NCBI GenBank assembly: GCA_004764695.1
Contig: SMSO01000032.1
Span: forward strand, 5,364,483 to 5,428,482
Origin: Schizochytrium sp. TIO01
Taxonomy: Eukaryota > Protista > Bigyra: Labyrinthulomycetes
Length of the DNA stretch: 64,000 nucleotides
Reading direction: 5' to 3'
The translations under genes were made by a program, and so were the position numbers. Positions 14,374 to 28,097 of this stretch are shown here, piece after piece; the first letter of the stretch is position 1; each line of letters begins with the position of its first letter. The notes under the pieces are model-generated. The model was not told the origin of the DNA and made no database searches. It saw nothing but the letters and a program-made list of their open reading frames with translations.

Positions 14374-15017
14374 GAGGATCACCTTATCCAACCAAGCTTT
14401 ATGCAAGGCACTCAACATGATTATTGAACCTGCTGGGCGGACAGTAGAAGAATGCGCTTGGCCAATACCGGTCCAATTAGGTGATAACGAAGCCTTGAAC
14501 AGCTCTTATATTGTATCCTGATTAAAGATGCCATTGTCGAACCTTCATTTGTACTCCATAATTGGGTTCAACATCCCTTTGTAATGTCATATTACAGAGT
14601 AGTTTACTTTGCGCAGAACAACAAACGTAATCGATCCACAAACGGGCAAGTCTCAGCAGTTCCATGCACGCACGCACAAGCGCTAGGCATGCAGCTGAAG
14701 GAGAAGAGTTCTCCAAGAGTTTGTACCGATATCCTGCAAACTATACCTCGCTGCACCGGGCGTGGTGTCTGCATCAACCACTACTTGCCATACAGGGCTG
14801 TTAAAGTCTATCTCGCTCTTATATGCCCGAGCAACGGTGTATGTTTTCGAGCAACTCGCCAGCAGCTGGTTTCCGTCGGCAACCCTTTTAATTTAGTCCC
14901 CATCGCCTTGCCACTGGTTGCTCTCTATCTATGGCCTTTTGCAAAAGCAGCGTTGTCCCAGAATTGCATAGGTAGCTTTTCAGGATAGACGAGAAGTGCA
15001 GGATTTGTAAAGAAGAC

Positions 15018-15365
15018 ACATTTTACTTCAAATAGTGCTCAAGTGCAAGGCTCACTGCATTTTCAACAAAACTTATAGACTGATTTCTGCTTTTTTTGTT
15101 GCGATGGAAATGTATTCCACATGCTCTGATGCGTATACATTTCACTTCAAGAAATGCTCAAGTGCAAGGCTCACTGCATTCTCAACAACACTTGTGGACT
15201 GGTTTCTGCTTTTTTTGTTGCGATGGAAATGTATTCCACATGCTCTGATGCGTATACATTTCACTTCAAGCAATGCTCAAGTGCAACGTTCACTGCATTC
15301 TCAACAACACTTGTGGACTGATTTCTACTTTTTTTGGTGATGGAAATGTATTCCACATGCTCTGT
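15018..15365. repeat. 119-bp tandem repeat, about 2.9 copies
   Basis: GCTCAAGTGCAA recurs at 15037, 15156 and 15275; units mildly diverged. Confidence 0.93.
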
Positions 15366-17578
15366 CACGTAACCTCTGGTGCGAAAAAATTGTATGCTGA
15401 GCAGAATGGCATGAATGCAAAGGTCTGTCAGTACAGTGCTCTCGTGCCTTCGAGATAGCATATGTGTCGAGTTAGTATGAATCATACAAGAATGTCCATC
15501 TTCAAAAACAAAACGGTGTTTCCTGTGCTGCAACCCTTGATAATCAAATGGAGCACCTTAATCCAGTCAATCACACTCATGACAAGGGAGATATTGCACG
15601 CGTGCTAAAACCCAGCCTTACGTATTCAGTGTTGCGGCCAAGCATGACTCCTCGTTCCTCTTCTCCTCGGACGAAGCGCTGTCCCATTTGAAACCACCAA
15701 TGCAGAGAAAATGGAGCACCGAGTGATCTATGGCTTTTCGATTTGCCACTATGCCATGCTCGGGAGTTCTTTAAGATTAGAAGACCACATATCTGCAAAA
15801 GTTCTGATCAGGAAGAAGCTCCTGTACTGCACCGTTCCTACCCACCGTTGGTTAGGGAGGGGGGGGAGAGAGAGAACACTGCTAGATCATATGACGTTAG
15901 TAGAAGTACTACTCGGTTGAAGTTTGGTACGACGAGTGCTATTTCTTCTTTAAAGTTTAGACATCTGATTGCTATGAGCAAACCACAATAGCAATAGCAA
16001 GTCTGATTTACTTATAACGTTTTCAGCTTGGCAGCTCGGTGAATCGCTATATATTTAGCGGAGACTTTGCCAAGCTGAGATACTGCGCACAAGATCTGCT
16101 CATCTGCATGCTGCTTCCTAAGCCTTGCTTTGCACCTCACTAACCTAGGCAATTCTTATGGCTACCTATGATGCTTTGATTTATCACGTTGTCAAAGACC
16201 CACTTGGCGACTACTATTGCCACGGCATTTTGGATTTGCTGACTACTGGTTCTACAGGGCAAATAATGAGAATGAGAAGACTTCACTCGGCTTTTCGGGG
16301 CTTTCGGCCAGTTCCGTCGAACTGATCCTAGCGAAAATCATAGAAATACTAGATAGGAAACACTAGGATGTGATTAGATTGCGAGTGAGGTCAGCGGAAT
16401 TGAATTTGCATCACCAGTTCCATAATGCTGCTCATCGTTGGCAAGCTCTGGGCTGGAGCTTCCGCCAGCAAGTGCTAGCACATCTCTTGTTGCTCTGGTT
16501 ATTATAACCTCCAGAAGAAGCGAATATGGTCATGAGTCTTAACGAAAGGTTGGGTTCCGTTCTAGGTTTGCTTGCTACTACTAAACAAAAGACATAATGT
16601 GCCTAGCTTTCTCTAGAGCAACTCTCATGATGGACTGACTGGCTGGCCTCAAACCAAGAGTTCTTAATTGTTTAATCGTGAAGGTTCATAGGCCCAAGGT
16701 TCACTTCGCGAAGGTTACACCAAAACGAGCTGACGCTGCACGCGTGTTTCCAGGCCAGGGTCAAAAGAGACCAAAACACATAAGTGGTCCCTAGAACTCC
16801 GGCAGGAGCGGAATGAGACATTAGTAGGACGGTTGAGCATAAATCAAGATAGCAAAGAACTTGGTAGCAAGGTTGAAGTAGTTCGTTGGTTGAATTGGAG
16901 ATTTGCGGAAGGTTGACTTCGTGTTGTGGCGAGCGGTTCTCTCAACTTGAACGTCGATTGGATAGCAAACCTCAAATGATGTGGAGAGACTTCATAGTGA
17001 ACAAGTCTGAATGGTGTCTCGCACCGTAGACGATGTTTTGACAGAAGACTTATCGTATTGCAAAGTTGGATATGCTGCAAGAAAGCTCGTCTGCCACATT
17101 GCTAAGTATGTGCAAGGATTTCTTGAGTGGTCAGTGCGATGGACTTCTGCTGAGGGTTTCTCTTTGATAGACTGGATGCCAACTCACGATGGGTGGAGGC
17201 AGGGCCTGCTTTCTTGATTTGTCATTTCTCTAGAGCTGGACGTCGTACTTTCAGGAGAAAGAGTTATTCTGCACGGTTGCGGATGATGGGCAACATTCAT
17301 CTTAGATTTGACATGCATAGATAGAGAAGCGGGGCATGGCATGACATGACAGCAGTATAACTAGAAGTTAGCATGCCTTTTGTCAAGTAGACAACAGTGG
17401 ACCAGACAGTTTTGGAAAGAGACTGAGATTAAATTTAATGATAACTTAAAGAGGAAAGGAATTGCAAGAGGCCACAACCAGCTCAGCTTGCGATATACGA
17501 CAGTTTAGAACTTCACGTCGAAAATCACTTTGTTCGGGTGGAAGATATAAAGTATGGAAGAGGCGTTAGTGGAACAAC

Positions 17579-18577
17579 TTATAGGCCACGAAAGAGGACC
17601 CAATCATAAAGCGCGCCACCAATGAGACCTCCAAAAATTGGAGCAATCAGATAGACCCACATGTTGTTCTCTTCACCAGGCAAAGAGACTTCTCCCCAGC
17701 CGAGTGAGTACGCAACAATGCGAGGACCAAGATCGCGGGCGGGGTTGAGTCCCAGGTTCTCAAGCGGACCTGCAGTGCAGCCGACAATCATGACTGCAAG
17801 ACCAATGGAATATGCAATTACACCTCCGCCTAGGCGCAAAATGTTCCGTGGGTCCATGACAACAAAGACGATAAAGACAATAAAACCCGTGCCGAGAGCT
17901 TCAATACCGAATGCACCAGCAGTAGTAACAGTGTTGCTGGACCAGCCAAGAGCAGAGTTCACAAGGTTAGAAGGAGGCGGGTACATTCCATGGAAGATCA
18001 TAGCTGTAAGAGCACTGCTCGGTTCTCCGCGCACGATTCCGTTGATAGATTCAAATTGAGTGATCGCGTTGCCGTACATAACATATGTTAAGCCAGCGCC
18101 AATCATTCCTCCAATGATTTGTGCAATCATGTAAGGAATTGCCTTCCACGCAGGGAAGTGATCGGGGCGAAGTACAGTGAATGCCACAGTAATTGCTGGA
18201 TTCAGATGCGCCCCCGAAACACTGACCGTAGTGATAATGGCCAGAGCTACAGCAACAGCCCAAACAATGAGAATTTGAAAGGTGCCACTGGAGGACTCCG
18301 CTGTAATGGCTCCAGCGACTGTGCAAAGACCAAAGAAGACGTAGATTGTAGTGCCAATGATCTCTGAGAACAATTGTTGCGGAAATGTGGCCGCGCGAAT
18401 CTCATCAGCAGAGTTGGTAGGCTTGCCACGAAGGTTACGCATTAGGCTCATGTGCCAAGCCTTGAAGCCCTTGGGCTCTTCACCTTTTTCTACAGAGTTG
18501 GTGCGCGAGTTCGAGGATTCGGGCTCATCTTCAGCTTGGCCAACCTTGGCGCGAGCCTCCTCTACATCGGGCACCAT
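17579..18577 (-). CDS. Aquaglyceroporin paralogue 3, 332 aa
   Basis: SGAHLNPAI and GLNPARDLGPR; shares the N-terminus MVPDVEEA..KV.QAE with paralogue 2. Confidence 0.95.
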   Translation of the reverse strand: MVPDVEEARAKVGQAEDEPESSNSRTNSVEKGEEPKGFKAWHMSLMRNLRGKPTNSADEIRAATFPQQLFSEIIGTTIYVFFGLCTVAGAITAESSSGTFQILIVWAVAVALAIITTVSVSGAHLNPAITVAFTVLRPDHFPAWKAIPYMIAQIIGGMIGAGLTYVMYGNAITQFESINGIVRGEPSSALTAMIFHGMYPPPSNLVNSALGWSSNTVTTAGAFGIEALGTGFIVFIVFVVMDPRNILRLGGGVIAYSIGLAVMIVGCTAGPLENLGLNPARDLGPRIVAYSLGWGEVSLPGEENNMWVYLIAPIFGGLIGGALYDWVLFRGL

Positions 18578-21500
18578 GTTTCCGGAGAAGGAAGACGCGG
18601 TGTCTTCAATGTCACCTGTAAAGGACGACGTCTTGCCGACAAATACAGAGCACTTAGGCTCTGTAAGAAGTCCGAGGGTCGGGGAACGAAACGGGTCTTC
18701 TTGACCTCGTGAGGACGCTTTTGCAATTGAACGCTAGAACGTGTAGAATGCGCAGAGGCGGGCAGGGGCTTTGCTTGGCTAGGGCTGGCTGTTTCTTGGA
18801 GCTCAAGTGAGTTTTGGTTTTGCTGATGCTCGCGATGCCTGAATCAGGTCATGCAATGCTCCCAGAACGATGTTTGGAAAGAAAGAAGCTCACAAGAGCA
18901 GTGTTAGTGCCCTGATCTGCCTTTGCTGCGTTTTGCTGTTTCAAGGAACCGTCTTTATATAACCTTGACTCTACCCCGCTCGCTGTATATACAGCAAGCC
19001 GAGCAGAGCAGAGCAGGTTCACTCCTAGAGGCCCTTGTGTAGCAGTACTAGTTCCTTGCAGGCGCTGTGCGGGAACAACTCCCGAGTGAAGGCCCAAGAT
19101 GATGTCCGCAAGTCGCACTGGTCCAAAATGTGCTTTCGTGGGTACTCCTGACTGAAGGTATCCACAACCGAAGCTTCGACTATTCTGCAGCAAAGTCGGC
19201 CCCCGTTGAATAAAGAAGCACGCGCTATCTCCCTCCCTATCTCTCTGCTAATCGACCGAGCGATTGATCGATCGAGCGAGCGATCTGTCCTTCGATCGTC
19301 GCTTCTCTTTCCACCGGTGTGCCTGATGAAGCGATTTGCCCTGGCGGTTGGTCGCTCGACTCCGCCCCAAGTCGCCCTCGACGCAAGCTCGTGTCGGCTT
19401 GGCCTGCCTTCGAAATCGGGGCCCGCCTGCCGAGGTCCCAGGACCTCAACCACGAGTTCGGCGCACAGAACTTTCACCCGCCGCCTCTTCGTTCGTTGCC
19501 CATAGCTCCAAGCTATCGCCGCTAAAGGCCCGCCACCGGCAGCGCCTAAGTAGGCAGCGCATCTGCGCTCGATTCTGGTATCGATGGATTTGGTCGATAG
19601 GTGGCTAATTAGCCAGTGAGCGAGTGAGTTAGTTGGTTGGGTAGGTAGGTAGTTAGTTAGTTCGTCAGAGAGGCGTCGAAGTTCTCCAGATCCCTCTCCG
19701 CCACCTTTGGCGCGGAAACCCAACTTTGGGGCCATGCACATAAACACATAAATTCATGCAGACATGCAGAGAGACATGCATACCCGTGCTCCTCCATACG
19801 CCCTCAGGCTTTTGGGCCCGCCGATGTCAGCTGTGGCTGTCGCATTTGGATACGTGAGGGTGTGGGTGGAAACAGTATCTTCTCTTCTCAAGTCCAGGCC
19901 CATCTTTGAGTGCTTCGCCATAATCTTCGCAATAAACTTCGCCATAATCTTCGCCGAAGGAAGAGGAAGAAGAAGAAGAAGAAGAAGACGAAGCGGCTTT
20001 TGGGGCATTCAGAGCAAGCTCAGCTCACGCCAGAGACAGTCCGCCGGAAGTTGCCTGGGCGATCAAGCCAACTTCGTAACAGTATCTTTGCGCCTTGGTG
20101 CAACTTCAGGGTTGCATGCCATCAGTCCATCCAGCCATCCATCCACGCGGCGTCTCGCTCAGCAGAGGAGCGGTGCTTTTGACCGTGGACTCCTCCATCC
20201 ACCATCGCTGGTGGCGCTGCTTTTGTTCCTTTCCTCCTGAGTCCACTCTTGGTACCTCCTTTGCGCCCATTTCCACTCTCGCTCTCATCAGAAGCTTCCC
20301 TGTAAGCCAAAAAAGAACGCCTCCGGCACGGCCTCTAAGCCTTAGCCCTGCGGAAGCTCGGTCCCTGCGGAGGCGGTTTGCGCGAAGGCGATCGAAGGTG
20401 CATCTGTGTCCTCTGTCGCGAGTGATCAGCGGAATCAAGAAAGAGGCCGCTGCCAATCAATGAGTCACCTTCAATGAATCAATCACAATCAATCAATCAA
20501 TCACAATCAATCAATCAATCAAATAAACATACATACATACAGACAGACAGACAGACAGACAGAAAAGAACAGCGGCGAAAAGAGAACAATTCGGACCCCT
20601 CGGTCGTCTGATGCATTCAGCTCCTTGGCTGGGCCGTGCTTCCTTGAGCGGCGGAGGCGTGCGTGGATCGTAGACAGACAGAGGTCGTTTGGCCCGACCG
20701 GCGATTATTGCGCCGCACGAGAAGGCGCCGTTTCGCAACGCTGGTCGAGGCGAAAGGAGGCGGGAAGACTGAGATTTTAGTTGCCATTGCGCGATTTTGC
20801 GATTTTGCGATTTTTGATTACTTCAAGTTGTTGGTTTTTTTGGTCAAGATTTGGCACTTTTATTTTTGCATCTGTGAAAATGAAATCTCAAAGCGACGTT
20901 TAACCCCCCAAAAAAAACTAACAGAAAAACAGACGAACAAAAAGTAGTGAAATGAAAAGAAAGAAGGAAAAAGAAGAAGAAGAAGCGGCATTGATTCATT
21001 CGTTCATCCTTTGTTTGTTTGTTTGTTTGTTTGTTTCTTCGAAAAGGAGTCGAAGGCGATGCGGTGTCTCTCGATTGCCAAACAAACTGAGGCGGAGAAG
21101 GCGACTCAGAGAGTGAGAGGTACATCCGACGATCAATTTCGCCCAAGGGAGAGAAGACAAGAGAAGAGAATTCATATCTGTCACCAATCAGATCTCCTCT
21201 TCTTCCACTTTATCTTTCTCTTAATTTTTTTCATCTCTCTTTCACCTGCACTGAAAGAACGAAGACAGCTAGCTCTCCTCCTCTTCGCTCGACGTCGAGG
21301 CGCCGCATATCCTGAGACCCTGCGCAGCTCTGCCTCAGCAAAGCTGGCCCTGTCCCAGGCCTCCGCAGCCTCAGCCACGATCCTCATCCATCCTCGTCCT
21401 CGTCGATGTCGTCGTTGCCGTCGTTGGCGGCGCCTTTAGCCTCCTTCGCACAGGTAATATTCGCACCACTCGAGTCAGGTGCACACCGTCGCGAGTGACC

Positions 21501-24223
21501 CTCAATTCCCACACCGGCGCACACCCCACCGATTCCTGAGGAAGAAAGGAAGAAAGAAAGATCTAGAAAGAAAGAAGTTGACAGAAAGAAGTTGAGAGAA
21601 AGACGCCACTCAATAATGCGAAGATGATGGACCTCGAGACGAGCGCGGCCCTGAAAGCTGAGGTCTAAGGATCTAAGAAAGCCGCGAAGAGCTGGCTGGG
21701 ATGGAGAGGAGAAAGAGAGAGGAAAGCGAGGCCTCGCGAAGAGCAGAGGCAGCGAGGGGAGGAGGAAAGACGCAGACAGACACACCGCAGGCTGTAGGTT
21801 CGACTCGACTCGACTCGACTCGCGCGGAGGCGGATTTTGCAGCGGTCGGCGGATTCAGCGGCGATATTGACTGTAGAACGGAATCATTCATTCATTCATT
21901 CATTCATTCGTCAAGAAAGAAAGAAAGAAAGGAAAAAAGAAAGAAAGGAAAAAGAAAGAAAGAAAGAAAGAAAGGAAAGAAAGAAAAGAAAGAAAAGAAA
22001 GAAAGAGTGTGATGCGAATTCAAACGAACGAACGGCCGTTTTCTGATTTGTTTGTTCCTTTGTTTCTTTCTTTTTTTTGTATTTTATCTCTGTTCTTTTC
22101 AGCTCGTTCTTTCTATGTTTCATTGTAGGTTGGTTTGTTTGTTTCAAGCTGTTTGTTTGTTGTTTGTTTGGAAACTCGTGAAAACCTCGCAATCGCGCGT
22201 TCTCTTTGCTTTGGGCTGCGGCTGAGGCGGCTCCTCCTGTCTACGCCTTGGCGCTCTCTCTTCTGCCGGCCTGCCTGCCTGCCCGCTCGTACCCACGTAG
22301 CTGCTCACACTACCTCTAGAGCACAACTCAATTCTCGCAGAACCCTCTTTTGCGATGGCGAGAGAGCGCAACGCAGACATCACAGAGGAACGAGGGCAGA
22401 CAGAGGGCGGGCGGAGGGCGGATGCAAAAGACGAGGTTGGTTGACTAAGCTCTCCGGCTGCGAGGCGAAGCGGTGCTGGCGAGCTAGCTCTCAGGCAGAC
22501 CTCAAGCTGGCCCGTTGGGCTGTGGAGCAGTATTATGGCAGCCTGTGCGAGGGGTGGCTCTGAGTGAGATTAGCTATGCTCGGGGGGCTTAGAGAGCAGG
22601 AAACTTGAAGCGGTGCAAGATACCACTGCCCTTCGTTTCAGTAGCTGGTGCCGCAGTGGGAGGACTAGGAGCATCTAGCTAAAACAGATAGGGATAGTGG
22701 TATCCTGGTACTTTTGATGGGAAAAGGAGGAGTGAGTGGGAGACTATGTGTGCCATTAGATACTGTGTAGGCACTCCTACTAAGAGTGCCATCCATGGAG
22801 ACGAAGTATGATGGGGCTGTGGCTTTCTTTTATCATGATGAGGATTCGGGAGCAATACATATGTATGGAAGGAGAGAGCTTGAAAACGAGCGTTGAGGAA
22901 GCCTTTAGCTTGAGCTGGTGACGGCTTTGACGTGGTGGTGGTGGTGGTTTTTCTGGTTGGGCTCGACGAAAGAATGAAATATTGATGCCAAAAAGGGCAA
23001 GAGGAGCTTGAGGTCAGACTGACAGTCTCACTGCTTGAAGACCGACCTTCGAGCCTGAATTCATGTTCCGATTGACGCCTCCTCGGACCACGATGATCAG
23101 GTAGAATACTTGAAAAGAATTCGTTCGAATGCGGCAACTAAGATTTGATCAAGGTTGCGTGAGGTGACAGGCACAGCCATTCGTGGCTACAGATCAGAAC
23201 GATGCGTCCGTAGAAACATGTCTTGCGCAGAAAATAAATTTCAACGTCGGGATTCAGAGATTGATTTGCGGGGAAATGGCGCCGTTTCCAAAGAGCCTGC
23301 AATTCTTAATAAGTGGTTTTGAAGACAACAGCTTGCGTATGCAGACTTGTAAATAAAAGCATGATGCCATGGGCGAGCAAGCAAATCGATAAATGGACAC
23401 AAGCTCCGGGAGCTTGTCGTCTGCAGTGGCTCTTCGTACTGGCTGGCATGTTTCGTGGAGCGTCTGGATGATCTCATGGCGCAACGTCATTTCTTTGAGG
23501 AGCTTATGGGTGGAGTGGGCTTCACATGGTTCGGTCTTGCTGATATTTGATGAGGCAAGGTGTGCTTGCGCTTGTGCTTTGACGTTAGATCAGTTCTGCT
23601 CGCGAGAGCGATAGAATCACAATACTATGAGCATGCTTGAGCAGTAACACGAGCCATGCTCCCGATTGTACTTTGTGAGAGAGTAGCGTAGTGCTCGCAT
23701 GGTTAGCGGAGATATTCCTTTGCTGCTGCTGTAGTAGTAGCAGCTGCAATCCATTATTTGTTTATAGTCTAGCTCTGCAGAACTAGAGCTTTGCAGACTT
23801 GAAAGTAGTTGCTTAGTGATCAATTCATCAACAAGCAACACAGAATGCAGCAATCCTCAAATCTGTTAAACAATACATACGCACGCACATGGCTGACTCA
23901 GAAATGGGTCTTAGTTACTTGGAGGATCGAGACATACACTTACGCATCATTAGCAAACAAAGACTCAGAGCAGGCCAAAGGCACGCAAATGGTGTGTTTC
24001 TCCATGAATCAACCAAAGGATGAAAGAATTAAGCAAAATAATTGAAGACGATTAGTTTGTGAAGAAGACTTTTACTTCAACGAGATATAAATGAAGAAAG
24101 GGTATTATTATTGAGCAAACAGCACCCAAACAGGCTGGGTGGGTGGATAAGTGGGTGAGACGTGAGAACGAGATGATGAGAGACTATTATATTTGTGCAA
24201 ACATCCTCTCTATACCTGCTTAA

Positions 24224-25243
24224 TTACATGCCACGGGTAAGGACAAAGTCGTGGAGGGCGCCACCAAGGGGTCCGCCGACGAGAGGAGCGATGAGATAAA
24301 CCCACACATTCTTCTTCATACCGGGGAAGGCCAAGGTGTCCCAGCCAAGTCCGTAGGCAAGGAAGCGAGGGCCAAGGTCACGTGCCGGGTTGATGCCCAT
24401 CTGCTCAAGGGGTCCAAAGATGCAGCCAAGGAGGAGAACTGCCATGCCAATGGTATAAGCGATGGCACCACCACCAAGGCGGAGCTGGTTGCGCGGGTCG
24501 GCCACAACGAAGACGATGTAGGCGAGGAATCCGGTACCAAAGGCCTCGATGGCAAAGGCCTCACCAGTGCTGACAGTTTCTTGAGTCCAGAAGGCTTCCT
24601 CATACACAGTGGCTGGGTTCGGGTACATGCCGTTGAAGAGGAATCCTGTGAGCTCACTTCCCGGCTGGCCACGAGTGATGCCTGCGTAAGCCTCGAATTG
24701 TGTGATAGCTTTCTTGTAAAAGGCATAGTTAAGGCCAGCACCAGCAATACCACCAAGAAGCTGGGCAGCCCAGTAAGCGGGAAGGCGGCGGATAGGGAAG
24801 TGGTCCGGGCGAAGAAGAGCAAAGGTCAAGGTGATGGCCGGGTTAAGGTGAGCGCCAGAAATACTGATGGTGGAGATGATAGCAAGAGTCACAGCAATGG
24901 CCCAGATTATGACAACCTGGAAGATGCCAGAAGTGGATCCAGCAACCAAGGCAGCCGATGTGACGGCAAGACCAAAGAAGCAGTACATGCCGGTGCCGAC
25001 AACTTCAGCAGCCAACATTTGAAAAAATGTAGGTGGGCGCACGGCGTCAGGGCTGGTGGAAGGGTTGCCACGAAGCTGCAGAATGAAGTTTTCGTATCTC
25101 TTGGTGAGACTCAGGGGTCCGGTGGTCTTCTCTTCGACAACCATGGAGCGGCTAGTGCCCTTGACGAAGCTATCTTCGGGGTCGCTGGCGTTGTCGCCCT
25201 GGCCAACCTTGCCATTGCCGCGTTCAATATCATCGGACATCAT
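24224..25243 (-). CDS. Aquaglyceroporin paralogue 4, 339 aa
   Basis: SGAHLNPAI and GINPARDLGPR; first ATG at 25243 (MMSDDIERG; the ORF track start is TTG); GC-rich third codon positions. Confidence 0.95.
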   Translation of the reverse strand: MMSDDIERGNGKVGQGDNASDPEDSFVKGTSRSMVVEEKTTGPLSLTKRYENFILQLRGNPSTSPDAVRPPTFFQMLAAEVVGTGMYCFFGLAVTSAALVAGSTSGIFQVVIIWAIAVTLAIISTISISGAHLNPAITLTFALLRPDHFPIRRLPAYWAAQLLGGIAGAGLNYAFYKKAITQFEAYAGITRGQPGSELTGFLFNGMYPNPATVYEEAFWTQETVSTGEAFAIEAFGTGFLAYIVFVVADPRNQLRLGGGAIAYTIGMAVLLLGCIFGPLEQMGINPARDLGPRFLAYGLGWDTLAFPGMKKNVWVYLIAPLVGGPLGGALHDFVLTRGM

Positions 25244-26528
25244 CGTTGTTGGGATCTTTGTTTGATCAAATGGTCTAGTTCTTGGCTGGTTGTTGTTGTT
25301 GTTGAGCCTTTTTGCTTCGATGCTTGCTTTAGCTCGCAAAGGTTTCGGTTTTGCTGTGGTCGGATTCTGCTGACACGGGCAAGTTTCTGATCGCCTAGGG
25401 TGCTGCTATTGTTGCCTTGGGCGGATACCTTTGCTCAAGCTTGTCAGCTCGTTTGGGATCTGCTTTCGAGCATAATTCATCGCTCGGATGCGGCTCCGAA
25501 GCCGTATCTTGGAAACCCAGGTACCTGGAGCTCGCTCATTCAGCGGGTGCAATATCGACCTGTGCATCTCGCTTAGGCTCCTCTCATGAATCAATATTCA
25601 CTGTCTAATTCGCCCACTAGACTCTGGCCCCCTGTCTTGAGCCCATTTGGCGACAAGGAAGGTGAGTGAGGTGCAACAAAAGCAAGTCTAACCGGAAGAG
25701 CTCCGCACCGTCTGTGTCACTGCACCGCCCGGCTGTAAAACCTGCGTCCGCCAGGACGAGACGAGACGGGGCAGGACAGGAGAGGGCCCTCTACCACCTT
25801 CGTTGGCCTGGAGCGGCACTTTCTAGCTGCAAGCAAACTAAGTTATCGTCGTGTCGATTGTTGTTGTTCTTCTTCTTTGCGGCAGCAGCAGCAGCAGCAG
25901 CAGGACCTCCTCCCCCTCCTCATCCTCGATCTTGAGGACTTTAAGTGCTCTGTTGCTTCCATATTATTCTTTTATTCTCGTTCTCTTGGCTTCTCTATTC
26001 TCTTCTCTTCTCTTCTTCTCGTCACTGTCGCCAATGGAAAGTGCGCAAACAGTGTAGAAAGCGGCCAGAAATGAGAAAACTCGAAGGAATTCCTCTCTTT
26101 TTATTCTTCATTTACTTTTATTTTACCAAAATAAAAGTAATTTATTTAAGTTTAATTTTAATTTTTTAAAAAATTCTTTGGGGCAAGAGAATTTTTTAAA
26201 ACTTAATTTTAAAAAAAGGTGGTGGGAAATGAGGAAGGGTCCGAACGTCAATCAGTCGAAATCTACCTTTATTGATCCAACATTATTATTTATTATTATT
26301 TATTATTATTATTATTAATAAATAATAAGAAGAATAACAATGAAGGTAATTGATGGGCAATTTTGAAGGAATCGAAGCTTTCTTCTGTTTGGGGTCAGGA
26401 ATCGCGCGCACTCGAAGCACGAATTGCAAAAGTTCCTCTGCTCAATCGAGACAGGTCGAACGCCGTTGCGGGTACATAAAAGAGCCACCGCGAGGGCGGC
26501 GCCGACGACTGAGGAGGGGGGTGTTGTT

Positions 26529-26559
<31 letters not shown>

Positions 26560-27799
26560 AGCGCCCAAGCAGCTTCAACGCAATTAATAAATTCTTCGGG
26601 TTCTTGGTTCTGCGGTTTTTAAGGGAATTCCAACTCTCGGGGCGCCTTAAAGATAAATGACAACAAAGGGTCCTTTGGAGCTCTTCAACGTGGTTTCGTC
26701 AGGAAGATGGATGGATAGAAACCTTCGATGTCGTCAGCGATCGCGAAGGCGAAGACTTGGCTGAGGCAGAGAGCAGTTTGGATGAATGTTGCTGCAGGTC
26801 GATCGATTCTCGCCAGACACACGAGGGCGGCGACAAGTGGACTCGAGAGGACGCGTGCATGAATGAATAAATGAATCGATTTGGATGTGGATTCTTACAG
26901 AGATGCCCTCCCTTTTCTGAAGGAGACAAGGATATGAGGGAGAAGCGAAACGGGCTGCTCCAGCTCGTGGACGTTTTCTTCGTCCAGTTCACGAGCTCGC
27001 TCCCCTTCGCAGCGGCTCGAGACCCCTCCCTCCCTGCCTCGCCTGCCTCGCCTGCGCGATGCTCGCTCGCTCGGTCTATCAGTCGGTCTGCGCGACGGAG
27101 ACCCTGCTTCTCTGTAAGATTTGAATGAGGTCATACGCATCGTGCGCTTTGCGCGGTCTGTTTGGATAACGATGCGAATCGATGCATTCACTCGCAGGCG
27201 CTCAATCGTGGACATCGCCTGCGCCGACTCGAAGAGCGGCGTCAGGAGCGGCCGGCTTGGAGAGCTGGGGAGGGCTCTGCGCGACGGGTCCCGGGACCAG
27301 AAGGCCGCAAGCGCATCCTGGATCGACACCGAGAGCAGAAGCTGACGCACAAGCCCGCCTGCGAGCGCGAGCATTCACAGAGCCGCTGGGAGGCGTTAGG
27401 CTCAATGCGTATCAACGGTGGTGGTGGTGATGATGAAGGCGATGATGGTGGTGGTCGTCGCCAACATGGATTCGCCCCTAGCTGGTGCAGATCAGATCCG
27501 TCAAAGCAGAACCAATGTCTGCTCTTACATTCCGCCTCATTGCAATTTTTGGGCGCCTCGGGACTGTGCGTGTGTCTACGAATTCAGGCTCGAGTCATGC
27601 AAGTGGGCATGGTTTCTCAGGAACAGCTTCTGCGATGCAGATGATCTCTTTCAGACAAAGCCAATGATGCCTACTTTCTTGGGGTCCGTTGCGAGGAAGC
27701 GAGGTCTTCGTAGGGGTTCTCGAGAGCCGCGATGGCAATAGCAACAAAGGTGCGCACCAATCACTAGCCAGCTGAAAAGGATACTCCCATTGCACGAGG

Positions 27800-27830
<31 letters not shown>

Positions 27831-28038
27831 TTCTTGATTGATGTGTTTCTTCATCGTCTTGAACTATGCGCGTTAATCTCCGCCTCCGAGGCCAACTAAA
27901 GTCCAATCAGTTCGTGAGATGCTCTCGCACGATTCCAGATTCGATGCAGTTGGAACGGAATGCTATCTTAAGACTGCTTTTTTGTGTCTACTTCAATACT
28001 TATATTCATTTATCTGCGCGTGAGGTTGCAAATCGTGG

Positions 28039-28097
28039 AAAAGGGCAAAGCAATATATGAAGCAAAGGGCAAAGCAATATATAAAGCAAAGGGCAAA
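28039..28097. repeat. 23-bp tandem repeat, about 2.5 copies
   Basis: AAGCAAAGGGCAAAGCAATATAT unit repeated. Confidence 0.8.

Noticed and set aside
22679-23600. Possible retroelement RT/integrase remnant (LRHEIIQTLHETC; FYLQVCIRKLL)
   Set aside because: Only vague resemblance; no YADD, QG or DDE motifs and no LTRs.
24251-25390. 379-aa plus ORF (likewise 5212-5760, 46725-47549, 58773-59282, 59832-60920)
   Set aside because: Antisense shadows of real genes caused by codon bias.
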